Below, one piece after another: positions 1 through 9,998 of a DNA stretch of 62,163 nucleotides. Positions within the stretch are counted from its first letter, which is position 1; the number at the start of each line of letters is the position of its first letter. The notes under the pieces were generated by a model. That model was not told the origin of the DNA. It saw nothing but the letters and a program-made list of their open reading frames with translations, and did not search any database. The DNA is taken from positions 1-62,163 of the forward strand of contig CAZOFV010000005.1 of NCBI GenBank assembly GCA_964579635.1. Reading direction: 5' to 3'. The translations under genes were made by a program, and so were the position numbers. This stretch comes from an uncultured Candidatus Saccharibacteria bacterium. GTDB lineage: Bacteria; Patescibacteriota; Minisyncoccia; Phycocordibacterales; VMEP01.

Positions 1-2
1 TT

Positions 3-863
3 TCAATAGGTATTTTTTCATCGTGGGGGGTAAAGGTAATAGATGTTAAAAAGCAACCAGCTTCTTTGCTTATGGCAAATTCCAATAATCAAAAGTCAAA
101 CTTTGAAAATATTTTCATAGAAGCTCAGGCGGTTTATGTTTGGGATATAAAAAACGATAAAGTTATTTTTGAAAAAAATTCTACCTTTCAGTTACCCTTA
201 GCTTCTTTAAATAAGATTATGACTGCGATAGTGGCACTTGAGGGGGAAAAAGAACATATCACTATCTTATCTTCAGATATTCTTTCTTATGGAGATTCCG
301 GATTAAAAACAAATGAGGTTTTTGAAAAAGAAGAAATTGTTAAGTTTATGCTGACATCTTCTTCTAATGATGCAGCTTCAGCTATTGCCTCAAATTATAA
401 TCAAACATTGCAGGATAAAAATTTTGTTTCTTTGATGAACAATAAGGCCTTTCAGCTTGAGCTTAATCAGACTTATTACTTAAATGAATCAGGCTTAGAT
501 TTAACAAAAGGAGTAAGTGGTGGATATGGTTCCGCTAAAGATATTGCTAAACTTCTTTATTACGGTGTTAAAAATTATCCTGAAGTTTTTTCAGCGACAA
601 CCCAGAAAACAAATAAAATATATTCAAACAAGAAAACACACCTAACACAAAATACAAATCAAATAGTTGAAAGTATTCCCGGAATTTTGGCTTCAAAAAC
701 AGGATTTACTGATATGGCTCAGGGTAACCTAGGAGTGATCTTTAATGCTGGGTTAAATAGACCTATTGCCGTCATAGTCTTAGGGTCAACCCAAAACGGC
801 CGCTTTGATGATATTCAAAAATTAATTTCAGCCACAATAAAAACAACTAGCGAGGAGATTTAG
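3..863 (+). CDS. D-alanyl-D-alanine carboxypeptidase (peptidase S11, PBP5-like), 5'-partial
   Basis: SxxK (ASLNK), SSN and KTG motifs; the frame is open to the window start, so the true start is upstream. Confidence 0.85.
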   Translation, partial: SIGIFSSWGVKVIDVKKQPASLLMANSNNQKSNFENIFIEAQAVYVWDIKNDKVIFEKNSTFQLPLASLNKIMTAIVALEGEKEHITILSSDILSYGDSGLKTNEVFEKEEIVKFMLTSSSNDAASAIASNYNQTLQDKNFVSLMNNKAFQLELNQTYYLNESGLDLTKGVSGGYGSAKDIAKLLYYGVKNYPEVFSATTQKTNKIYSNKKTHLTQNTNQIVESIPGILASKTGFTDMAQGNLGVIFNAGLNRPIAVIVLGSTQNGRFDDIQKLISATIKTTSEEI

Positions 864-911
864 TTCTTTTGTGGCGAAGAGATAATTTCTGTTATAATAA
901 AGCCTATAAAT

Positions 912-1967
912 ATGGTCTTAGACGTACTCAAAGTTTTTTTGCCAGCATCAGCCGCTTTTCTAATCGGCATTGGAATTACACCAATTCTTACTCACTATCT
1001 TTATAAGCACGAACTTTGGAAGAAAAAAGCACGAACAGAAGGTCTTGGTGGGGGAGGAACACCGATATTTAATAAACTCCATAAAGAAAAAGAAGTTGGT
1101 ACACCACGCATGGGGGGTATAGTCATTTGGGCTAGTGTTTTAATAACGACAGTTGGTTTTTCTTTGATTTATTTATTTTTTCCGGAAACGTTGACTGAAA
1201 AAATGAGTTTTTTGAGCCGTAACCAGACATGGCTTCCACTTTTCACACTAATTGCCGGTTCGCTGGTTGGTTTAATCGATGATATTTTAGTCATTAAAGG
1301 AACAGGTGGATACATAGCGGGAGGTCTGCCCTTAACAGTGCGTATACTTGTTGTTTTGTTGCTTGGATTTATTGGAGGTTGGTGGTTTTTCGATAAACTG
1401 GAAGCAACCAGTATCTTGATCCCCTTTATTGGTAATTTTGAATTGGGCTACTTTTTTATACCGTTTTTCATGATAGTAATGCTGGCCATTTTTTCCGGTG
1501 GAGTCATTGATGGTATAGATGGGTTATCTGGAGGGATCATGGCGGCAATTTTTTCTGCCTACTCGATATTAGCCTTTTTCCAAAATCAAATTGACCTTGC
1601 AGCATTTTGTGCGGCTGTTGTCGGAAGTTTACTAGCTTTTCTTTGGTTTAATATTCCACCGGCAAGATTCTATATGACAGAAACCGGAATGCTTGGGCTC
1701 ACGACATCGCTTACTGTTGTTGCCTTTTTAACAAACGGCGTGGCTGTTTTGCCTATAATTGCACTACCTCTTTTTGTTGCGTCGCTATCTGTAATCATTC
1801 AAATTCTTTCAAAAAAATTCCGCAACGGTAAAAAGGTATTTCTTGTTGCTCCGATACATCACCATTTTGAAGCACTCGGTTGGCCTTCTTATAAGGTTAC
1901 TATGCGTTTTTGGATAATATCAGTCGTTTGCGCCTTAATCGGGGTGGTCGTCGCCCTTCTTGGATGA
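912..1967 (+). CDS. mraY: Phospho-N-acetylmuramoyl-pentapeptide transferase
   Basis: TPRMGG, DD pair, DGIDGL and APIHHHFE motifs; multi-TM; precedes ftsW-murG. Confidence 0.95.
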   Translation: MVLDVLKVFLPASAAFLIGIGITPILTHYLYKHELWKKKARTEGLGGGGTPIFNKLHKEKEVGTPRMGGIVIWASVLITTVGFSLIYLFFPETLTEKMSFLSRNQTWLPLFTLIAGSLVGLIDDILVIKGTGGYIAGGLPLTVRILVVLLLGFIGGWWFFDKLEATSILIPFIGNFELGYFFIPFFMIVMLAIFSGGVIDGIDGLSGGIMAAIFSAYSILAFFQNQIDLAAFCAAVVGSLLAFLWFNIPPARFYMTETGMLGLTTSLTVVAFLTNGVAVLPIIALPLFVASLSVIIQILSKKFRNGKKVFLVAPIHHHFEALGWPSYKVTMRFWIISVVCALIGVVVALLG

Positions 1968-3063
1968 CATGCGTGGCGCCTCTTTTGATAAAATTTTTAT
2001 TGGGATAGTTTTAACCCTATTAGTTACAGGGATTTTTTCATTCTGGTCTGCATCTTTAGGTATTCTTGCAAAAAGCGAAGCCATTTTTTTTAACATGATT
2101 TCTAGTCAATTTTTACTAGGAGTTTGTGGCGGGCTTGTTGCGTTCACTATTTTCTCATTAACTCCTTATAAAAAATGGAAGAAATATACTTTTCCAATAT
2201 TAATTTTTTCTGTAATTGCGGCTGGGTTGGTTTTTGTGAGCGGAATTGGCTTTGAGCATGGTGGAGCAAAAAGATGGATACACGTTCTGGGGTTCTCTTT
2301 TCAACCTTCTGAATTTTTAAAATTCGGGATAATTTTATACGCCGCTGCTTGGTATGCATTAGCAAAAAATCGTACGGAAAACTGGAAGTACGGATTGCTT
2401 CCTTTTTTGCTATTTATTGGATTAGCTGGAGCTCTAATACTAACTGAACCAGATACGGGTACATTTTTGGTTTTATCTGCTGGCGTTTTTGCGATATATT
2501 TTTCAGCTGGAGCAACACCAAGACATATATTTTTTCTGGTAATAATCGCACTGGTCTCATTTGCTGTGTTGGTTTCAGTACGACCATATCTTAAAGATCG
2601 AATAATGACTTTTATTAATCCCGCAAGTGATCCACTTGGTTCTTCTTATCAAATTCAACAATCATTGGTTGCGATAGGTTCCGGAGGTCTTGTTGGCAGA
2701 GGTTATGGACAAAGTGTTCAAAAATTTAATTTTCTTCCAGAGCCGGTAGGGGATTCAATTTTTGCTGTTTGGAGTGAAGAATTCGGTTTTGTTGGGAGTG
2801 TTTTCATTGTTTTACTTTTTCTCGCTTTTGCGATGAGGGGTTTACGTATCGCTAATAAATCAAACGATAATTTCGGTAAATTTTTAGCAACTGGTTTTGT
2901 TGTTATGATTTCTGTTGAATCATTTTTAAATATCGCCGCCTTAACGGGAGTTGTCCCACTAACTGGTGTTCCGCTGATCTTCGTGAGTCAAGGCGGAACA
3001 TCACTTTTGTTTGCCTTAGCTGAGGTTGGTATTGTTGCTAATATATCTCGTTTTTCCTCATAA
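1960..3063 (+). CDS. ftsW: SEDS family peptidoglycan glycosyltransferase FtsW
   Basis: GAKRWI, QPSEFLK, EPDTGT, GVPLIFVSQGGTS motifs; between mraY and murG. Confidence 0.9.
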   Translation: MDDMRGASFDKIFIGIVLTLLVTGIFSFWSASLGILAKSEAIFFNMISSQFLLGVCGGLVAFTIFSLTPYKKWKKYTFPILIFSVIAAGLVFVSGIGFEHGGAKRWIHVLGFSFQPSEFLKFGIILYAAAWYALAKNRTENWKYGLLPFLLFIGLAGALILTEPDTGTFLVLSAGVFAIYFSAGATPRHIFFLVIIALVSFAVLVSVRPYLKDRIMTFINPASDPLGSSYQIQQSLVAIGSGGLVGRGYGQSVQKFNFLPEPVGDSIFAVWSEEFGFVGSVFIVLLFLAFAMRGLRIANKSNDNFGKFLATGFVVMISVESFLNIAALTGVVPLTGVPLIFVSQGGTSLLFALAEVGIVANISRFSS

Positions 3064-3159
3064 AACGCTTAATTTAACCATGGTTTCTTGCTATAATAGC
3101 CAAAGAAAGGGCCGTTTATTTGATTATTAGGGGTTAAAATAAAGAAGATCAAAAGTTAG

Positions 3160-4290
3160 ATGAAAATTTTATTTACAGGCGGAGGAAGTGGCGGTCATTT
3201 TTATCCTATTATTGCTATTGCTCAAAAGGTTAACGAGTTGATACAAAAAGAAAAAATCTTGGATGCCAAGTTGTATTTTATGTCTGATAGTCCATACAAC
3301 AAGGCTGTTCTTTATGAAAATGAATTACTATTCGTTTTTGCAAGCGCTGGTAAAGTCCGACGCTATTTTTCCTTACTTAATATTATCGATATTTTCAAAA
3401 CAGTAGCTGGTGTTGTTAAAGCATTTTTAAGTATGTACTTAATTTATCCAGATGTTGTGGTCGGGAAAGGTGGATATTCAAGTTTCCCTGCATTGATGGC
3501 TGCAAAGCTACTAAAAATTCCAGTTGTGATTCATGAATCGGACTCATATCCAGGAAGAACAAATATGTGGGCTGGAAAATTTGCTGAACGCATTGCTGTG
3601 TCGTACGAGGAAGCTGGGAAATATTTTCCAGCAGACAAGGTCGCTTTTACTGGACAACCAGTAAGAAAAGAAATCTTGATGCCACTACAAAGCGGTGCTT
3701 ATGAGTACTTAAAACTTTCACCAGATCTTCCAACAATTTTTATATTAGGTGGTTCTTCTGGCGCAAAAATAATAAACGAAACAATAATCGACATCCTTCC
3801 AGAACTTTTAGAAAAGTATCAAGTTATACATCAGGTTGGTGGAGAAAAGATGAAAGAGACCGAAGCGTTGGTTTCTGTTGTGTTGGGGGAAAATAATCCA
3901 CTTAGAGAAAGGTATCGAATGTTTGGATATTTAAACGCTCTTGCTTTACGTATGGCCGCTGGAACATCTCCGCTTATAGTCTCTCGTGGCGGTTCAACTA
4001 TTTTTGAAATTGCTGCCTGGGGTTTACCTTCGATAATAATTCCGATTAAAGATTCCAATGGAGATCATCAGCGAAAAAATGCTTTTAATTATGGTCGTTC
4101 CGGTGCTGGAGTTGTGATAGAAGAAATTAACTTAAGCCCACACCTACTACTCGCTGAGATTAATGGACTTATGGGAGATAAAGAGCGTAAAGAAAAAATG
4201 TCGAAAAACGCAAAAGATTTTTACAAAGCTGATGCAGCCGAAAAAATAGCAAGAGAGGTTTTAAAAATCGCCTTGCGTCACGAAGAATAA
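3160..4290 (+). CDS. murG: UDP-GlcNAc:lipid I N-acetylglucosamine transferase
   Basis: GGGSGGHFYP, GKGGYSS, HESD, GGSSGA, HQRKNA. Confidence 0.95.
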   Translation: MKILFTGGGSGGHFYPIIAIAQKVNELIQKEKILDAKLYFMSDSPYNKAVLYENELLFVFASAGKVRRYFSLLNIIDIFKTVAGVVKAFLSMYLIYPDVVVGKGGYSSFPALMAAKLLKIPVVIHESDSYPGRTNMWAGKFAERIAVSYEEAGKYFPADKVAFTGQPVRKEILMPLQSGAYEYLKLSPDLPTIFILGGSSGAKIINETIIDILPELLEKYQVIHQVGGEKMKETEALVSVVLGENNPLRERYRMFGYLNALALRMAAGTSPLIVSRGGSTIFEIAAWGLPSIIIPIKDSNGDHQRKNAFNYGRSGAGVVIEEINLSPHLLLAEINGLMGDKERKEKMSKNAKDFYKADAAEKIAREVLKIALRHEE

Positions 4291-4297
4291 AATAATA

Positions 4298-5644
4298 ATG
4301 AATTCACCAGTAAAACAGGTTAGGGTAAGAATTGCGCCGTCTCCAACGGGCTCTTTGCATATCGGTACAGCAAGGACAGCACTTTTTAACTACATTTTCG
4401 CGAAACAACATTCAGGTGTTTTTATTATTCGAATTGAGGATACCGACAAAGAAAGATCAAAAAAAGAATTTGAAGATAATATATTAGATGGGTTATCTTG
4501 GCTTAAGATTAAGCCAGATGAGTTTTATCGACAATCTGAAAGAACAGAAATATATAAAAAATATATAGAAAAACTAATTGCTGATGGTTCTGCTTATATT
4601 TCCAAAGAGGAGGCTGGTGAAGGAAAAAGAAGTGAAGTTATTCGTTTTAAAAATAAAAATAAAACCATAACTTTTAATGATCTGATACGCGGTCCTATAA
4701 CTTTTGAAACAAAAGAGCTTGGTGATTTTGTGATTGCGAAAGATACCGAAACGCCACTTTATCATCTAGCTGTCACAGTAGATGATTATGAGATGAAAAT
4801 TTCCCATGTTATTAGAGGGGAAGATCATATATCAAATACTTCAAGACAAATAATGCTACTTGAAGCGATCGGTGCAGAAATACCAACATATGCTCATTTA
4901 CCCTTAATTTTGGCTCCTGATAAGTCAAAATTATCAAAAAGGCATGGAGCAACAGCTGTAACAGAATATAAAGAAAAAGGTTTTTTACCAGAAGCTATAG
5001 TTAATTTTTTAGCAATACTTGGATGGTCTCCACAAAGTAGGGGAGAGGACGTAGATGTTTTAAACTTTGAGGAAATAGTTGAAAAATTTGAACTTGAAAA
5101 AGTCAGTAAAAGTGGGGCTGTTTTTGATATAAAAAAATTAGAATGGTTAAACAAACAATATATTAAAAAAATTCCACAAGAAGATTTAAAAAAAATTATT
5201 AAAGAAAAAGTTTTAACAAATGGCGCAACTATCTCTGAAGAAGAAAGATTAGATAGATCAATCCCTCTTATTGTTGAAAAAATATCAACATTAAATGAAG
5301 CTCATGTTATATGGAACGAAGAATTAGCTTTTCTTGAAAAAACGCCAGAATATAATGTTGAAAAACTTATTTGGAAAGAAGAAACGGCAGATAGCACAAG
5401 GGAAAAACTTTCCAAGGTATTAGAGATTATTAGGATGATTAATAGCGATGATTTTTCTGCAGAAAGAATAAAGGAATTAATTTTTCCGTTTGCCGATTCT
5501 GTTGGGCGAGGTGGTGTTTTGTGGCCAATGAGATTTTCTTTAACGGGACAGGAAAAATCACCAGATCCGTTTATGAGTGCCTATATTTTAGGAAAAGAAG
5601 AAACAATTTTACGTATTTCTAAGGCGATTGAACTTTTAAACTAA
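4298..5644 (+). CDS. gltX: Glutamate--tRNA ligase (short form, Zn-binding segment absent)
   Basis: RIAPSPTGSLHIGTAR, RIEDTD, IRGEDH, KLSKR. Confidence 0.95.
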   Translation: MNSPVKQVRVRIAPSPTGSLHIGTARTALFNYIFAKQHSGVFIIRIEDTDKERSKKEFEDNILDGLSWLKIKPDEFYRQSERTEIYKKYIEKLIADGSAYISKEEAGEGKRSEVIRFKNKNKTITFNDLIRGPITFETKELGDFVIAKDTETPLYHLAVTVDDYEMKISHVIRGEDHISNTSRQIMLLEAIGAEIPTYAHLPLILAPDKSKLSKRHGATAVTEYKEKGFLPEAIVNFLAILGWSPQSRGEDVDVLNFEEIVEKFELEKVSKSGAVFDIKKLEWLNKQYIKKIPQEDLKKIIKEKVLTNGATISEEERLDRSIPLIVEKISTLNEAHVIWNEELAFLEKTPEYNVEKLIWKEETADSTREKLSKVLEIIRMINSDDFSAERIKELIFPFADSVGRGGVLWPMRFSLTGQEKSPDPFMSAYILGKEETILRISKAIELLN

Positions 5645-5647
5645 TTA

Positions 5648-6979
5648 ATGGAAATATTTTTTAAAAAATTAACGACAGTAATCATCTTAAGCTTCTTTTA
5701 TGTGTTTTTAATTAACATAACGATTAGTCCTGTCTATGCGCAAACAGAAACGACAGAAGCACCAATAGCCACCGAAAAATCAGCCTATCAAATAGAGATT
5801 GATAAACGCAACGCGGAAATAGCGCAGCTAGAGAATGAAATAAAACAATATCAAGGACAGATTGAGATAACCGCAAAAGAAGCAGCTAGTTTAAAAAGTT
5901 TAATTAAACAATTAGATTTAGCTCGAGCAAAACTTGGAACTGATATCAAAGTTACTGAAAAGAAAATTTCTGTAACAAACACAACAATAAGTAGCTTGGG
6001 AGCTCAAATAGAGGACAAAAATACCAAAGTTTCCAATAGTTTAAGTACGATCGCAAAAAACATACGGACTGTTGCTGAAATTGAAGGGGAGTCGACAATA
6101 GAGATACTGCTTTCTAAATCAAATTTTTCTGAAGCTTGGATGGCTATAGATCAAACAGCACAATTTGAAAAAGCGGTAATAGAACATATTGAAGAATTAA
6201 GAGAAGTTAAACAAGGGCTTATTAAAGATAAACTAGCAACAGAAACAGCAAAAAAGAATCTAGTTAATTTAAAAAGTAATCTTGGTGACCAGAAGACTTT
6301 AGTTGAACAAAACAAGAGTGAAAAAAATAGAGTCTTAAAAGAGACAAATAATAAAGAAACAACTTATAAAAAATTGTTGGCCGAGCGTTTAGAAAAAAAA
6401 GAACAGTTAGAAACTGAAATTTTAGATTTTGAATCTAAGTTGAAAGAAGCCGTTGATGTCTCAAAACTCCCTTCTGTTGGTAAGGGGATATTAAGTTGGC
6501 CCGTAGCAATCGTCAGAATTACCCAATATTTTGGTAAAACATCTTTTGCTACTAAAAATCCGCAAGTTTATAACGGTATGGGCCACAACGGTATTGATTT
6601 TGGTATACCAACCGGAACACAAGTAAAATCTGCTGGTTCTGGTGTTGTTTATGGAACAGGAGATACTGATACTGCGTGCTACGGAGTTTCTTATGGTAAA
6701 TGGGTTCTTGTAAAACACGATAATGGTCTTGCTACTTTATATGCTCACTTATCTTTAATAAAAGTTTCAGCGGGGGATAATGTTCAAACAGGAGACGTTA
6801 TAGGGCTTAGTGGAAATACTGGGTACTCAACCGGTCCACACCTACACTTTACAGTTTATGCCGCTGATTCTGTCCATATATCAGGGCCAACTGAATATAA
6901 AAGTAGGGTCTGTAAAACTTACCTAAGAATGCCGCTTGCTCCAAGGGCTGGATATCTTAATCCCTTGTCTTATTTATAA
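5648..6979 (+). CDS. Secreted coiled-coil M23 peptidase (murein hydrolase/EnvC-like)
   Basis: Signal peptide, long coiled coil, HNGID, YAHL and STGPHLH M23 motifs. Confidence 0.85.
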   Translation: MEIFFKKLTTVIILSFFYVFLINITISPVYAQTETTEAPIATEKSAYQIEIDKRNAEIAQLENEIKQYQGQIEITAKEAASLKSLIKQLDLARAKLGTDIKVTEKKISVTNTTISSLGAQIEDKNTKVSNSLSTIAKNIRTVAEIEGESTIEILLSKSNFSEAWMAIDQTAQFEKAVIEHIEELREVKQGLIKDKLATETAKKNLVNLKSNLGDQKTLVEQNKSEKNRVLKETNNKETTYKKLLAERLEKKEQLETEILDFESKLKEAVDVSKLPSVGKGILSWPVAIVRITQYFGKTSFATKNPQVYNGMGHNGIDFGIPTGTQVKSAGSGVVYGTGDTDTACYGVSYGKWVLVKHDNGLATLYAHLSLIKVSAGDNVQTGDVIGLSGNTGYSTGPHLHFTVYAADSVHISGPTEYKSRVCKTYLRMPLAPRAGYLNPLSYL

Positions 6980-7014
6980 AAACTAATCATAATTTACAAG
7001 AAGATTAAAATATT

Positions 7015-7350
7015 ATGAATATAAAAAATAACGGTGGATTTTTAAAGTTAATTGTAATCATAGCAATCGGGATATTAATCTTAAGCGCTTTAAATATAAA
7101 TTTGCGCGATATAGTAAATTCGCCAGCATTCAAAAATAATATTACTTATGTATCAGATATCGCCAAGAACGTTTGGGATAATTACTTAAAAACTCCAGTT
7201 ACGTTGTTTTGGAATACGGTATTCAAAAATGTGATTATAGTGCCGTTTGCCCAAAATATGCACCAAATGATCAGTGGACAGGGAACATCGACCTTTTTCA
7301 GTCTAGTGCCACAATTTAGTATTCCGACGGCGACTACTACGGGCAACTAA
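7015..7350 (+). CDS. Small membrane-anchored hypothetical protein with prepilin-like N-terminus
   Basis: KNNGG-F followed by a hydrophobic helix; 111 aa downstream of the M23 gene. Confidence 0.65.
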   Translation: MNIKNNGGFLKLIVIIAIGILILSALNINLRDIVNSPAFKNNITYVSDIAKNVWDNYLKTPVTLFWNTVFKNVIIVPFAQNMHQMISGQGTSTFFSLVPQFSIPTATTTGN

Positions 7351-7779
7351 AAATTAATCTATTAAAAATTATTTTTTAGAAACAAATCTAGGGGATTATA
7401 TAGAATATTTAAGTTTATTTATTAATTGAGTGAATACAAAATATTTACTTACGGTTATATGGTTTAAGTAGGTTTGTTTAAGAGAAGGGCTCAACACAGC
7501 TTTCTGAGCCCACATGTCGTAAAAGGTATATTGTGCGACATCTATATAATCTAGCGCAAGCACTCCCCTTAAGAGTCTTAACCGCAAAGAATTAAAGACT
7601 GGAAACCATTTATTATTTATCTTTATATTATATCCCTGTGAACAAAAGATTTTATCTTTTTAAAATTTATAAGTTATTACTTAACTATTTAATTGCTCGG
7701 TATTTTTTTATGTCTTATTTGATAGACTAACCGCGCTATCCCCTTTTTGTGTCCATAGGACCTAATAGGTCGATTTGAT

Positions 7780-8856
7780 CTACTTTAGGCCCTCAACTGT
7801 AGGTGCTATAGTATTTGAGTTCATTACAGTAAATGTAATTCGTCCGATAAGTGTCCCGGAGGTAGTTTCTATAGAACATCTCCAAAGACCAGCTCTTAAA
7901 CTTGATTTTTTACTATAACCACGATAGCCTTCTTCGCGACCTCCTTCCATTGGGAAATTAATCACAGATGATAGCTTCCATTTTGATTCTATATTGTCGT
8001 AATATTCCCACTTATGGTTTATGTCAGTCGATAATTTTACTGGCGCAAATACAGAACTAAAACAGTACGTTGATTCGTTTAATTGTTTATTGAAAACTTT
8101 ACTTGTGTCATTAAAGAAATCAAACCATCTAGGTTCTTCGTATAAAACTCTATAGCTTCCCTTATTTGTTTTCTCAACAAGATGGTATACCCCAACCTCT
8201 TGAAGAGATAAAGGCACTGGCGGAATAATATTTAAAAAATATAAAATATTAAAAGAAACAAAAATTGTAAGTATTGAGAAAAATATTTTCTTTATTTTAG
8301 TAATAATTTCTTTGTTTGTAATAAAAATAATTCCTCCGAAAATTACAATTAAAACTAAGCTTGCTACTCCACTAATAACAAAAATAGTGTCTCCTATCTC
8401 TCCTAAAATCATTGGTATTACAAACGTTAGATAAAGTAAAGATAAAAAATACCAAACAGAAATATGAAAGTTTATTCGTGAGTATCGATCGCGAACAAAT
8501 TCATTTCCAATAACAAAGGCACCCAATATCAATAAAAAGAGTGAACTTCCTTCAAATGTACCGCTTTTCCCATATAGAAAAAGGAAACTACCGGCAATAT
8601 TACCAAAAGCAAACTGTATCATTGCAAGAAACATGATTGGTGTCACCTCCCCTTTCTTTTTATATAAAGATAAAAGCAGAATGCCAAAAGCAGATAGTAT
8701 TAAATAAAAAATAAGAACAAGATTTCCAAATAGTTGATCTGGTCGAGAAAATGTTAATGAATCCCAAATGAATCCTGAAAGTATCGAAACTACCCCAACA
8801 TAACGTTCGTATTTTTTGGCGTAGATGGTTAAAGTTGGTATTGGGCTTGGAAGCAT
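7780..8856 (-). CDS. Multi-TM protein with C-terminal DUF2914-like domain
   Basis: About 7 TM helices, then GGREEGYRGYSKK and GLWRCSIET, recalled as DUF2914-like. Confidence 0.65.
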   Translation of the reverse strand: MLPSPIPTLTIYAKKYERYVGVVSILSGFIWDSLTFSRPDQLFGNLVLIFYLILSAFGILLLSLYKKKGEVTPIMFLAMIQFAFGNIAGSFLFLYGKSGTFEGSSLFLLILGAFVIGNEFVRDRYSRINFHISVWYFLSLLYLTFVIPMILGEIGDTIFVISGVASLVLIVIFGGIIFITNKEIITKIKKIFFSILTIFVSFNILYFLNIIPPVPLSLQEVGVYHLVEKTNKGSYRVLYEEPRWFDFFNDTSKVFNKQLNESTYCFSSVFAPVKLSTDINHKWEYYDNIESKWKLSSVINFPMEGGREEGYRGYSKKSSLRAGLWRCSIETTSGTLIGRITFTVMNSNTIAPTVEGLK

Positions 8857-8885
8857 TTAATTATATTTTATTTTGGTAAGTTGGT

Positions 8886-9035
8886 TTATTGCCGACGTAG
8901 AGCGAGTGAAATGAGAAAGCAATCTTTCTCATTTCCGAGCCGAGGAGAGCAATATAAGGGATAAAATAACGCGCGGCTTGTCGCGCCAAAGCGTGAGCGA
9001 AGCGAACACGCTTTGGGTGCAGGGCTTGCCCTGCA
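8886..9035. repeat. Cluster of REP-like palindromes
   Basis: GAAATGAGAAAG/CTTTCTCATTTC; CCAAAGCGTG-AGCGAAGCGAA-CACGCTTTGG; TGCAGGGC-TT-GCCCTGCA. Confidence 0.7.
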
Positions 9036-9047
9036 GTATAATACCTT

Positions 9048-9998
9048 TTATTTTATTCGGCACCTTGTTTTTAATTCATTAATATCAGCCAAAGACAACG
9101 TTTGGTTTTTGCTAATATTTAGCTTGTACATGATTGCCAGCTTGTCCTCAACGTGTGGCAGACTAAGCGCGTGCCCTAATTCATGCGCCAAAACTCTTAT
9201 TAGTTTATTGCGACTATTAAATTCATAGATATCAATTTCTTCTTTACCCATCCCATCGTTTCTATAAACACCTTCTTCAAATTCTTCTCCTAAAGAACTA
9301 CCGATGTCGTTATATTTTCTAACATCTATATTTAATTCATTAGCAATACTATTAATAACAACAACGAGTGATCTTATATTAGATACGTATTCATTAACAA
9401 TATTTTTTAAGTTTTCTAGTTCTTTTATTTCCGTTTCGATTATTACCCGTTCTGCTTGTAGCTTCTCATAATCTTTCTTTGGTGCGCCACCTTTTGAGTT
9501 CCAGAAGGTCACCTGTGCGTCATACGCCTCTACTCTTTTATTAAAAAGACTAAGGCGATTGTCGTAATTTAATTTTGCTTCTTTGTACAGTGCGTTTAAT
9601 TCCGTATATTTGGCATTTAACTCGTCGTAGGTAGCTTTATTCTCATCAACAGACATACCTAAACTTTTTAGTTTGCTGGTTGCTTCTTGGCGGTAATCAT
9701 AAATAAGATTTATTTTTAACCTTCCGTCTGAAGGAACATAAAGAAAAAGGTCTTTATTGATTTCTTTTTCCCACATATTTTCTGATTCTTTAAGTGCACT
9801 CAAAAAATCGTCTTTTGACACCCCGAAGCGTTGATCAAACGAACCAAGTGAGTATGTGATTGGAGCTCCACACGGATCATAAATAGACTGTACATTTCTT
9901 AAAATTACACCAAAACGTCCCTCTATTTTTTCCCTAAAAGAGAAAAACAAAAAACCTATCAATAAAATTATTAAAGTAAATTTAAATAATTTATTCAT
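9048..9998 (-). CDS. Matrixin (M10-like) zinc metalloprotease with coiled-coil insertion
   Basis: HELGHALSLPH (HExxHxxGxxH-like) and Met-turn AIMY; N-terminal TM. Confidence 0.8.
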   Translation of the reverse strand: MNKLFKFTLIILLIGFLFFSFREKIEGRFGVILRNVQSIYDPCGAPITYSLGSFDQRFGVSKDDFLSALKESENMWEKEINKDLFLYVPSDGRLKINLIYDYRQEATSKLKSLGMSVDENKATYDELNAKYTELNALYKEAKLNYDNRLSLFNKRVEAYDAQVTFWNSKGGAPKKDYEKLQAERVIIETEIKELENLKNIVNEYVSNIRSLVVVINSIANELNIDVRKYNDIGSSLGEEFEEGVYRNDGMGKEEIDIYEFNSRNKLIRVLAHELGHALSLPHVEDKLAIMYKLNISKNQTLSLADINELKTRCRIK

